A program made the translations under genes and the position numbers. From NCBI GenBank assembly GCA_030141605.1, contig JAQGDQ010000664.1, forward strand, positions 1-64,000: a stretch of DNA of 64,000 nt, in the 5' to 3' direction. Under the pieces are notes generated by a model, which was not told where the DNA came from, did not search any database, and saw nothing but the letters and a program-made list of their open reading frames with translations. This DNA comes from Tubiluchus corallicola (Eukaryota; Animalia; Priapulida). Shown here one piece after another: positions 13,210 through 25,160 of this stretch; the first letter of the stretch is position 1, and each line of letters opens with the position of its first letter.

Positions 13210-16200
13210 CTAAAAATAAAAAAGCATGTTTAAGTTAAAAACCTAATTTAACTTTGACCTTTTACATGTACAATTATCAAATACTATATTTTGTAATGAT
13301 AATTATAATAATAATAATGTTTATTGAGCATACAATATATAGAGAAAAAAACATTTATTCTGTACATAGGATGGAACGGCACAAACGTAGTAGGGACATT
13401 AATACCAAAAAACACAATGATAACACAGAAAGAACAACAATAGTAAGAATACATTTTGTAGGTTGGAGTTCAAATTAAAGTTATTTGCTGTCTTGTTTCT
13501 CTTCCCTTTTCTTACTGATGTCGTATTAAACTTTATTACTAGGGTTCTCATCTCTAATTGCCATTAATGAAAATAAACTGTTCATTTACAGGCATATCTG
13601 CAAAAAGGAGGAAATATTTTGAAAATATTTTCAAATACAACATTTCTCTCATTTTGAAAAGCAGGACATGTCATACAAAAATGCATTTCATCTTCCACTT
13701 GATTCATCTCAAATGTTTTACAGATTCTTTGATGAGCTGGTATTTTTGGTTTTTATGATACCTCCCCTTCTCAATATCCAATTTGTGCGCACTAATTCTA
13801 AATCTAGTGTATATTACGTTCGCTTGGAATTGGATTATTACGCAAATATTCTTCCAAACAAAATACAGTTTTAAAAAGTTCGAAGTTTGTTCGTTCGTTG
13901 TAAGTTCGAAGTTTGTTACCCCCATCATCATTGTTGTCGTTATAAATCTTTTTAAAAAAATAGTCATTGTTTCTGTCCTGTAGCTTCTTATTAACGGAGT
14001 AAAGCAATATGCGGGCACTTAATGTACCTTCATTAATCCAAGTATGTTAAAACCAAAGTTTATACAAAATATTCCCAATGAACGAGACCCAGTTATACAG
14101 GTTTTCGTTATCTTTTTGTTTACAATCGAAATATGCATTATAAATTAGACTATTGCAGGGCGTTTCCAGTATATGTAACCTATAGTTAATTATAAAAATA
14201 ACGGAAGAATGTATAATGGTGAAATTTTGTGATCCATAGTTTGTCACATTTATGAACATACATTCATGATATTGTTATAATTATTATATTCAGCTACTAG
14301 GCATGTTATAACTATTATATTCAGCAACTAGGCATGTTATAATTATTATATTCAGCTACTAGGCATGGTATAACTATTATATTCAGCTACTAGGCATGGT
14401 ATAATTATTATATTCAGCTACTAGGCATGTTATAACTATTATATTCAACTACTAGGCATGTTATAATTATTATATTCAGCTACTAGGCATGTTATAATTA
14501 TTATATTCAGCTACTAGGCATGTTATAATTATTATATTCAGCTACTAGGCATGTTATAATTATTATATTCAGCTACTAGGCATGTTATAATTATTATATT
14601 CAGCTACTAGGCATGTTATAATTATTATATTCAGCTACTAGGCATGTTATAATTATTATATTCAGCTACTAGGCATGTTATAATTATTATATTCAGCTAC
14701 TAGGCATGTTATAATTATTATATTCAGCTACTAGGCATGTTATAATTATTATATTCAGCTACTAGGTATGTTATAATTATTATATTCAGCTACTAGGTAT
14801 GTTATAATTATTATATTCAGCTACTAGGCATGTTATAATTATTATATTCAGCTACTAGGCATGTATGCGTATGTTTCTTTTTATCCAATTGTTTGTTTTA
14901 CTATTTCAGCTCTGATGATGTTTATTAGCCAATAAAAGAAAAAAGCTCAATATGTTTTCAATACGTGGGGGCTTTATGTTTGACTTTTATGGAAAAGTTA
15001 AAGCTTCTTCATGACGTGTCTGTTGGAAAAAACAGGATACTTCACGCGGCGACTTTTATAGTTAGCGCATCTTCAGTTGGATGTGTGTCACCGACGTTAC
15101 ATACGATAAAGTTTGATTTCTCACCTTCTCTTTCAACAAGAGGCGGCCGCGTTTGTGGTTTGCTCCACGTCTTGCTTCCGCCATCGCTTTTGCTTCAGGT
15201 TGTAGATGATCGTGGTAACCTTTGGCTTGGAAGAAAATCCCCTTCTCCGTGTGCCGCCAGAAGTGAGTAACCGGATATCCGCAGTGCCCTCGGCACGGCA
15301 ACGGCTGCAGTTTACCGTGGCATTTTGGATTTGGACAAAGCTTTCCTAGAAAAGACACGCCCTAGTTACTTGTTTGTCCAATTGTTGTGTTATTATAGCT
15401 TGATTTAGTGTCACAGAATGTTATTTGACTTGAGTTTAACTTTTTGTGCATGACTTTGTAGCATGAATTAAGTGTTAGCACATTTTGATGTGGTACTAAC
15501 TCCGAAATATGTTACAATTAAAAATATTTACGAGTAAAAATTCATAAACAAATTTTTTCAGTACTGGTCGTTAAAATCGGACTGTACGTCTGTCACGTTT
15601 TAAAATTTTAAAAATTTTAGTTAGTTGAATTTTCCGTAAATCTGTTGGGACAAAGACGGAAGACCTAGTTCACATGCTTTTAGAAATCGTTTTGGCACTT
15701 TTCCAGTTAATTCCTTCTAATTTATATCACGCAAATCGAATGCTATTCGAAGTTTTTGCAAATTTACTGTTCAATGCGAAATTACACGAACAGTAAAGAT
15801 TCGTTTACATCACGCCATTAATTTTGTTTCAAATTGATTAAGGTGTTGTTCGTCTGTAACTTTTAAGATAAAAACTACGCAGACTGAGCAAAAATTTCTG
15901 ATTTGTGTGATGACAAATATTTCAAGTAAATCATTTTCAATGCTCTTTTGAGAACTATTTATGTCAATGTGTATAAGAATAAAAATGGCAACTGCCAGAA
16001 CGCAAGAGGTCCATTATTTGACACGCGACACTCACCAAACTGCTTCTTGCGAGCCTTGTCACATATGGCCGGACGCAGATGTACTTGGTCACCGTTGTCC
16101 AGTGTACAATTGAGAGTGCAGACTAGCACACCTAGGCAGGATTTCTTCAAGATGCTAACGTTATGGTTGTTGGTGTTTCGCATGGCCCATCCACTGGAAT

Positions 16201-18613
16201 GTCTCTTGGCACATTCATTGTCTGGAGAGTAAACATGGCGTACGTGTCCATCTGGCCATTCCTGAAAGCTGTCAAACTGGCTAACCTGTAAAACATGATC
16301 ACAGTTCATTGATTATAAATTTATTAAATTAAGAATAACTGTACTATTCTAATAAGCTTAATCACGTGTTTGGCTGAGTTGCCGTATTAACTGATTAATG
16401 ACTAGCCAAGTTTTGGATCATTGCCTAAAAGTTGACTGACTGACTGATTGACCGACTAACTGATTGACTAAGTGACTGACTGACTGATTCACTAAGTGAC
16501 TGACTGACTGACTGATTGACTAAGTGACTGACTGACTGACTGACTGACTGACTAACTGATTGACTGAGTGATTGACTGACTAACTGATTGACTAAGTGAC
16601 TGACTGACTGACTGACTGACTAGCTAATTAACTGATTGACTGACTGATCAATCGACTGACTTATGAATGACAAAAGTGAATAACTAATTTATAGACGGAC
16701 CGATATGACTTTCTAATTCATTGATGAAGATTTCATTTCGGCTAGAGTAATGTTTTGGTTACTAAAACTGATTTTAAAATTAAGTTAGTTTAAATACTCG
16801 ATTTAGATTAGACATATATTTAGTCAATTTTGATGCTTTCTTAGTTTTGATGCTACTCAACTATTGCGATGTGGCCGTCAACTAACTGACTGGTTGATTA
16901 AGTCACTGATTTACTGATCAATTAACTGATTCATTGATAAAGAACCTGACTCACTAAATTGATACCATCTTAGTGGCGGACTGACCTATATGACTTGGTG
17001 ATTTATTCATAGAAATTTTATTTTGATTAGAATATCTTCATGGTTACTAAATTGAAAATGGCAAAAACATCAGAGATACTAAGAATGTTATAAAGTAAAG
17101 AAATGATACATCATGTATAATATAACTTGTGTTTATAATATAATATAATATATAATATAATGTAATGTAATGTAATGCAATGCAATGCAATGCAATGCAA
17201 TGCAATGCAATGCAATGCAATGCAATACAATACAATACAATACAATACAATACAATACAATACAATACAATACAATACAATACAATACAATACAATACAA
17301 TACAATACAATACAATACAATACAATACAATATAATATAATATACAAGTTATATTATAATTTGTTATATCATAAAAATGTAATATGATATTTTATTTGCG
17401 TAACTAATATTTCTACTATAAAACTTGGTTTTTGAACATTTCAACAGATGCATGTCGACATATGTCCACTGTACCTACTGTTTTTTTTCTAAAACATTTC
17501 ACAATTTAAAATACAAGTTATCATTTCTTGTTATATTAATAGAAATCTATATTAATACAACAAAGAAATTATAACTTGTATTTTAAATTGCGGGCTGTTT
17601 TAGAAGAAACAGTTGGTACAATGGAAATTTGCCGACATGTATCTGTTTAAATGCACAAAAACCAAGTTTTAAGTTAGAAATATTGGAGTTAAATCATTTT
17701 ACGTTGTTATGTTGTCACAATGTAAACGTCCAGGCACATATTGCAAAAAAATTAAACTTTCATTCGAACCATTTAACCTGATGAACGTGAGCATGTTTTT
17801 CGTCATCCCGTTCCTGTCAATATCTTCAAGTTAGCGGGGCAGCGCTTCCAGCAGTTATTGCAGTGTAATCTCTTATAAAGTTACATAACACTTTACCATG
17901 TTTCGTTCAAAATTAATCAGAATATTTCAGTTATAACAATATTTCTCCGCACAATTTCTTCCGCATGATCAATCAATGATCCAAAATTTGGCTAGTCACT
18001 AACCTGTTAATACGGCAACTCAGCCAAACACGTGATTAAGCTTATTAGAATAGTACAGTTATTCTTAACTTAACAAATTTATTATAATCACAGTGTATTG
18101 TGATAATGTGCATTTCTATACGTTACGGCATGTACAGACTAATGAGTTTTCTCACTAAGTAACTCGCAAGGGTGTTCAGACTAAACCTTGCTTCGAATTA
18201 ATCTCCGGCAGTAAGCGCGAATTGACATTCACTTCTCTATTCACTGCGACAATAATTCGCAGGAAATCAAATTCAAGTGGCAGTAACTATTGGAGAGTTT
18301 GTAGTTTTTTACCGACAGTAACTCGCACAACAGTTCACACTCGCGAGTTACTGGGAAGAGAAAGAGAAAACTCGGAAGAGAAAACTTGCTAGTCAAAATA
18401 GGTCGTTATGAAGACAGGAACGATTTATTCGAATGTTTAGATCATAGTTTTCGATGTTCATGGCATCGCTGGCTTTCTTGGTTCTGATCACGTTTAGTTT
18501 CTCACCTAACAAAAGACCAACCTTACCTGAGGAACTACATTATCGTTGATATCCCAGTCTGGCTCTACGGAAGTCAGTGTCACGCAGTGGTTTCCGGTAA
18601 ACGTCATCGTCAT
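12202..18613 (-). CDS. gcm: Glial cells missing (GCM) transcription factor, spliced CDS join(18613-18527,16285-16036,15345-15125,13209-12202), 521 aa
   Basis: Hallmark GCM-domain sequence WDIND...[10 protein letters not shown]...[21 protein letters not shown]...C...[21 protein letters not shown]...[16 protein letters not shown]...[13 protein letters not shown]. All three introns are GT-AG with matching phases (0,1,0); exon lengths 87+250+221+1008=1566 nt. Confidence 0.95.
14274..14863. repeat. 31-bp minisatellite, about 19 copies
   Basis: Unit GTTATAATTATTATATTCAGCTACTAGGCAT. Confidence 0.95.
15125..15345 (-). CDS. gcm: GCM coding exon 3 (C-half of GCM domain and basic NLS-like stretch)
   Basis: Acceptor cttttctag|GA, donor AAG|GTGAGA; KLCPNPKC...[14 protein letters not shown]...HDHLQPE. 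Confidence 0.93.
16036..16285 (-). CDS. gcm: GCM coding exon 2 (N-half of GCM DNA-binding domain)
   Basis: Acceptor ttttacag|GTT, donor TTT G|GTGAGT; [15 protein letters not shown]...[13 protein letters not shown]. Confidence 0.95.
16432..16660. repeat. (GACT)n microsatellite
   Basis: Direct reading. Confidence 0.93.
17158..17331. repeat. (AATGT)n(AATGC)n(AATAC)n pentanucleotide array
   Basis: Direct reading. Confidence 0.95.
18527..18613 (-). CDS. gcm: GCM coding exon 1 ([29 protein letters not shown])
   Basis: Not in the ORF track. Acceptor ttttcaatgcag lies 2 nt before the ATG, donor CAG|GTAAGG, and the exon carries the conserved WDIND motif. Confidence 0.9.
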
Positions 18614-20147
18614 ACCTGCATTGAAAAGAAATAAATGTCCTAATGCATTTTTGCAGAAATGGTAAAAGGAAGAACTGTACTTAGCATCCGAAGTTAAATA
18701 ACGCCAAAGCTGCTCAATAAATAGATGGGTGAACTACCAGGAAACTACTTCTGGTCTGTTTCTTATTTTACACTGCCCTCAACTAGATATCTTGTTGAAG
18801 GAGGATTTACGATTTGTCATGAACGTGGTTAGGGAACCTCTGCTGGTTCAGTGGGTCATTGTGAAATTTTGCATTGTCTTGTGTTGCACGTAAGCGCAGA
18901 AATTAGACTAAATGGGTTCAGTTCAGTAAAAAGGTAGGTGTGTTTTGATTTTTATCTGTTAATTGGACATTTAAACACGTCTTCAATAATCATAGTCATT
19001 TAATAAAGTAATTAGAAGATTTTCCGTGATAATGAGCTCTGTTACTGTCACGACACAACCACCTACATTATCTAGTTCTTATTGTTGGTAGATCCTTACT
19101 AGATCCTGCTTATTATAGGATGGATACAAAAAATTAAGCCTTCTTCAAAATGCCATGGAGCCAAGCATTTTTGTCCAATTTGTATATAAATTTAGCTGAT
19201 AGACTAGGAATATTTTAGCACATATCACTAATATTTAGTGACAATATCGAAAAAAATAAACCTCAGTGGCCTAAATACACGAATACTGATCGTAAAAGCT
19301 TTTAGTGCGCTTGTTTTGGAAATTATTATTTTCAAAAATTATTATTTGTCTAAAAACAATTAACTTTCACTTGAATATATTAGGGCTGTGACAAACACGG
19401 CATGTATTTCCCATAAACTGTCTTTTGTAGTTCTTTTATGCCTAGACGAATAAGGATTAATTCCCCTCTATTGTAGTAAAATGGCTCCACTTTTTTCAAC
19501 GCTGCCAAATGCTCAGCCTCTTCTCGACAGGTGCATAAAATGCCCCCTAGCGGTCACTTGATACTCGTCTGTCATCCCTAACATTTTTATCATATTGAAA
19601 GCGGAATCTATTCTAATCTTTACACCTGTTTGTTTAAAAAGTCTAAAAGACGAATCTGTTGAGACGATTACAGCGTATTGTTGGTCTTCTTTGTTCGACT
19701 TGACCAGCCACTCATGTCCCGAATTACTGATATGAGAAACAGCGCACAACGTGATGCCATGGGTAACATCAAAATATTGTGTATTTAATTGTAGCTGTTT
19801 GCTACGGAAAAAGTTCATTAGATTTATTGCATTTCGTTCACTCACTGGTATCGTTTTAATCGTTTGTTCGTTCGTTCGTTTGGTGATTCGGTTCAGTTCT
19901 TATTCTAGCACTTTTTCGCTCCGTCCATTTCTTAGTTTATTGATTTATTAATTTATTTTTCATCAAATAAGTACGGTTTTTTTTACTTACTTCTTCTTTA
20001 TTCATTTGTTTTTGTGAAATCTGCTTATTAACAATTACATTAAAATTAATTTTTTTCATTATTGGTACAATAACTTGATGAAATATCCATTGTTTAATTT
20101 CTGAAATTAATTCATTTATTCATTCATCCATCCATACATTCACTCCT

Positions 20148-20724
20148 TCATTCATTCATTCATTCATTCATTCATTCATTCATTCATTCATTCATTCATT
20201 CATTCATTCATTCATTCATTCATTCATTCATTCATTCATTCATTCATTCACTCGTTCGTTCGTTCGTTCGTTCGTTCGTCCGTCCGTCCGTCCGTCCGTC
20301 CGTCCGTCCGTCCGTCCGTCCGTCCATCCATCCATCCATCCATCCATCCATCCATCAATTTATTCATTCATTTATTCCATCCATCCATCCATCCATCCAT
20401 CCATCATCCATCCAGCCAGCCAGCCAGCCATACATAATACATACAAACATACGCACGTACATACATACATACATACATGCATGCATACATACATACAACA
20501 TACATACATACATACATACATACATACATACATACATACATACATACATACATACATACATACATACATACATACATACATACATACATACATACATACA
20601 TACATACATACATACATACATACATACATACATACATACATACATACATACATACATACATACATACATGCATACATGCATACATACACTCATTCATTCA
20701 TTCATTCATTCATTCACTCATTCA
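20148..20724. repeat. Compound tetranucleotide array (CATT/CGTT/CGTC/CATC/CAGC/CATA)
   Basis: Direct reading. Confidence 0.95.
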
Positions 20725-21551
20725 TTTCTTCATTTATCCAGTTATTTATTTACACACAGTCTTCTGTTAGTGTGTTCAATCATTTTTTATTATTATTATT
20801 TGCGTTTGTTCATTTGCCATCCTTAGTTCTTAGTCCTTAGTTCATCTTTCTGTCCGCCTCTCCACTCGTCCATTAATCCATTTATGAAAGCAAACCTTTG
20901 AGCATATGATATACGAACTTTGCTCGTCATTATTTACTGATTCTTATATTATTTACTTAATTGTTTGTTTTGCTGTTTGTTTGTTTTTCGGTTATCGCTT
21001 TTTCTTTATGTATTGACTTATTAGCCATAAATGAGGTGTTGGTTTTTTAAATAAATTTATCAATGTAGAATCCGTCATTGACGTAACAGGTAGATAGACA
21101 AAATAGGCAGTGCAAAGTATAAATAACAAAGAGACAACAACACGTTTAATAAATAAAAAAGTAAAAAAACAGAATTTTAATACTACCGAGCCAGGTGTAG
21201 GTCAGCTCGTTTCATAAAAGTATAAAATTGCTGTTTAGTAGACTGACAATGCGTAGATAGGCCTATCTGTTACACAAATCTGAAATTAAAACGGTTTAGC
21301 GTTATTATGGAGACGACGCACGCCATGTTCTAGCCCCTGGGGCTCAGTAAATTGTGACCTGTGGTTTAAGCCAACTAGTTATAAACGCTCGATTTGACTC
21401 ACAAAGGAAACTACAAAAACGTTTTTGTCAGATTTTTAGGATTACGGGTTTGATCCTTTCGCATGGTGTTTGGTTTTACACTTGGGCAGAAGAGCATACG
21501 CTCGTTACAACAGATGGGAGACTCAAGTCTTGGTTGTTGTACAAGTGCATG

Positions 21552-21834
21552 CATAGGCGTACGAGCCGGGGGCCCCCGGATTCGGCCAAACATTTTTTTT
21601 CGGTACCGATTACCGGCCACATGACGAAAAAATTAAATAATAATTATTTTTTATAAATGAAATCTCGAAATTTATCCATGCCGCCAAATGAAGTGGCCGA
21701 AATCCGTGCATTTTTTTATCATGGTGAGGCAATTTCTGACTCGAATTTGACTTGCGCTTTTTTCGGGTTGCCGCTATGTTTTTCGGGCAAAAGTAGCTCA
21801 AACCCATCCCCCCCGCCCTGCCCGTACGCCTACG
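21552..21834. mobile_element. hAT-type MITE
   Basis: TIRs CATAGGCGTACG / CGTACGCCTACG; 8-bp TSD AGTGCATG/AGTGCATT (7/8). Confidence 0.8.
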
Positions 21835-21935
21835 AGTGCATTTGATGTAGCAATATATTGTTTTACTCCGTGTTACATTAGTTATTATAATAATGATTAT
21901 ATTATGCCTGGAGAAAACTACATTTGTGAAACGGT

Positions 21936-21936
<1 letters not shown>

Positions 21937-22034
<98 letters not shown>

Positions 22035-22086
22035 TAGAGTGAGAGAGAGAGAGGCAGAGAGGGGGAGAGAGAGGAGAAGGAGAGAA

Positions 22087-22185
<99 letters not shown>

Positions 22186-22216
22186 CAGAGAGAGAGAGAG
22201 AGAGTGTGAGAGAGAG
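21937..22216. repeat. (AG)n microsatellite
   Basis: Direct reading. Confidence 0.97.
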
Positions 22217-23724
22217 AAAGAAGGAGAAGGCGAGAAAGACAAGGGGAAGAGAGAATCGAATGACCGAATTGAGATCGATTTACCTTAGGAAAAATAGACC
22301 AATGAATGAATAAACGAAAGACGGGCAAAATTAATGAATGAAGAAATGTATAAGAAATACATAGTGTATGCAACAAACCTGCAACGAATCTAAAACAAAG
22401 GCACAGTACGTAAAAGTTAACATTATGTAGTTCTGTTAGATACAAAAAATATATACAGTATTAATATATCGTGTTTCATATTTATTTATTTATAGATCTA
22501 AACAACTAGAAATTTATAAAGAAATGCGAATAATACACTATATTCTGTTGATGGCCTACTGTACAATGTGTATATGAATTACGTAATGAAAAAGAGACTA
22601 AGCACACAAGAACCTTCACCTAAATACCTCCATAAAAATACATTTTGTAATTCAAAAATGAATAAAACAACACCTACAAAATGTATTACATAGAAATCAT
22701 ATTAAATTTATGCGGTGCAAAGGTAAAACTTACTGAAAACGTATAAGCACAGCTAGATACAGACTGAGCGACGTCTTTCAAAACGAAAAGGGCAAATTTT
22801 TTTGACGAGTGCCAAAGAGTCGAGTCAACTAAATAACCTTGTACATCAATTCTGTCATCTGCATTAGCATCAACATTTTTTCAATGGAACTACTTGATTA
22901 TTTGCATACTGGTTTTACTACTCAAATCTACAGATATTATAAAGCATTATCAGCCTGTCTGTTTCCACTTACAGAGCGCCTTGAGCCAGATTATCAGTCA
23001 CTTTTGAATACGAGTGACTACAAAGAGCATCTATTTAAATTTTTATACTGAAAAACAGTTTTTATTGTATAAACGATCACTTTACTAAACCGAGCAGCTG
23101 CATGAAAGTTTAATTATTTCAACTTGCAGCAGCTGCAGTGTATCAGTTATCAACTCACAAATAGCATTTTTTGTAAATTTAATTACACGCTTTCTATGGC
23201 GTAAAATCATGTGGTCAATTTAAAACTGAAAATGTTGAACCCTCTGGGCTTTTAAAGAACATGTTAAATGAGTTTGAGTTTTATGGTCTTATGGTCACCT
23301 TATATCGTGTGTCTAACAGTGTGAGCAACAAAGACTTGAATTACCGTATTGTATATGCAGTAAGCCTACATTGAAAGAACAAAATTAATACTCATTATGT
23401 AAAACTTAAAGCAAAACCAGACCCAATCTTAAACTGTAGGTGAAAACAATCTATGCTATTTTTTCAAAAATGACTTACGTGAAAGAATTATTACCTCATA
23501 GACATAGACATAGACATTTTTATTTACCTCCTCATTTACACCATAGTATACAAATTGACTATTATTTTTATAGTTATTGACTAAAAAGGATAAATTAAAC
23601 ATAAAGGAAAGAGTTAAGGGGGGGGGGGGTGCAGGAGAAAGGGTAGTGAAAGACCAATTGGTCATCGAGTCAGCTACCCTTCTCAGGTTAGTGTAAATTG
23701 TAAAAAAATTGTAGTGCTGCTGTT

Positions 23725-24238
23725 AACATGATTCACACAAACACAATTTCGCGTTTGCGCCACTAGTTCTTCGCTGTTACATGCATTTCGCCATTCGCTA
23801 GTCAGACGGGTATTAGCGCCTATAGTTCGGAAACGCATTGCACAAAAAACAGGTGCTGCACTTCTCAGTTCAGATGTGTTAGTTTCTGACGAACTACACT
23901 CGTTCGAAAGTTCACGCATAAGCAACGATAAATTTGAAATTTGAATTTTTATCTTAAAACTTGCCTAGTTTTAGTACAACACACTGAATATCTTACAGTA
24001 GCACTGCACTTCAATTTTCGTTTTCGCAAACAGGTGCAACACCCTCGTAGAATATTTTGCTGTTGAAAATTGTGTTAGTTTGTGATGTCATCAATAGCTC
24101 GCCCGCCGTTAATTAAGTTTTTAATCTATAACTGAATTATCAGAAACGCTTTTGCAGTATTAATTGTGTTAAAATTTATACTTTTTATCAGATTTGAAAA
24201 TGGGGCAGTACATGAAAAATCATCCTGTCTTCCTTTAA
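23725..24238. mobile_element. Copy of the Kolobok-like MITE family in the probable first intron of GCM
   Basis: Reverse complement of 53661-54150, ending CATCCTGTCTTCCT-TTAA. Confidence 0.7.
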
Positions 24239-24960
24239 GTCTATGTAGTTTTAACAGGTATATGTACGTTTATTCGTTGCGCTTAGTTGTATATCTATTT
24301 ATAAATGTAAACTAAGCAATTTATAAAAAAAAACTAGTTTGCAATTCGAAGTGTTGGATCACTCGCTTATTGAGTTTTAAAGCTCAACTGTATGGGCATG
24401 CCAGTTAGAACAACATTAATTGTTGTAATGGTATGTACTTCGTGAATATGTTACTTAGCGTGCTATTTAGCGTTGCTATAGAATCGGTTTATCCTAAAAA
24501 TCAAAGTAGGAGTAACTCTATTGTGACGTCACAATATAAACCTGAACTGTGACATATAATTATGTAGCTGTATTTGTTATAAATCATTATATTTTATGTC
24601 AACTACGCTGGAAAAGAGCCCTGTATTTATAAAGACGTTATCCTGTATGCCTTTTTTTACTTGTTTGGGACTCGTTCGTTGCAAGTATGAGGATTTGTGT
24701 TTGTGACATAAAGCGTTTAAAATTATTATTGTAACAAGTGGCTAAAAATTATTACTTGCATCAGAGAACGAGACAGACTTCACGGAAAAGCAATCTATTT
24801 ATAAAGTTACATCGCACAATCCAGTTATATTTAGATATGTATACTGCCAATCTGGATTTGTGCATATCAGTTAATGGAAAATTAAGAAAATCGTGTTTAA
24901 GGAAAATTACGTGGTACGGCATTGTATTTTGTTAAGTAGTTAATGTTAGATGTTAATCAA

Positions 24961-24980
24961 TATTATTATTATTATTGTTA

Positions 24981-25015
<35 letters not shown>

Positions 25016-25055
25016 GTTATTATTGTTGTTGTTGTTGTTGTTATTATTATTATTA

Positions 25056-25114
<59 letters not shown>

Positions 25115-25160
25115 GTTGTTGTTGTTGTTATTGTTATTATTATTACTATTATTATTATTG
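24961..25160. repeat. (ATT/GTT)n microsatellite
   Basis: Direct reading. Confidence 0.95.

Larger units (their letters stand above)
16310..18090. repeat. ~115-bp inverted repeat pair (16310-16422 / 17975-18090) in the GCM intron, with nested hairpin 17407-17684
   Basis: AAGAATAACTGTACTATTCTAATAAGCTTAATCACGTGTTTGGCTGAGTTGCCGTATTAAC is exactly reverse-complemented at about 18006-18066. Confidence 0.85.

Noticed and set aside
14274-14863. CRISPR-like appearance of the 31-bp array (also the 28-bp array at 27191-27520)
   Set aside because: Units are contiguous with no unique spacers, there are no cas genes, and the context is eukaryotic introns.
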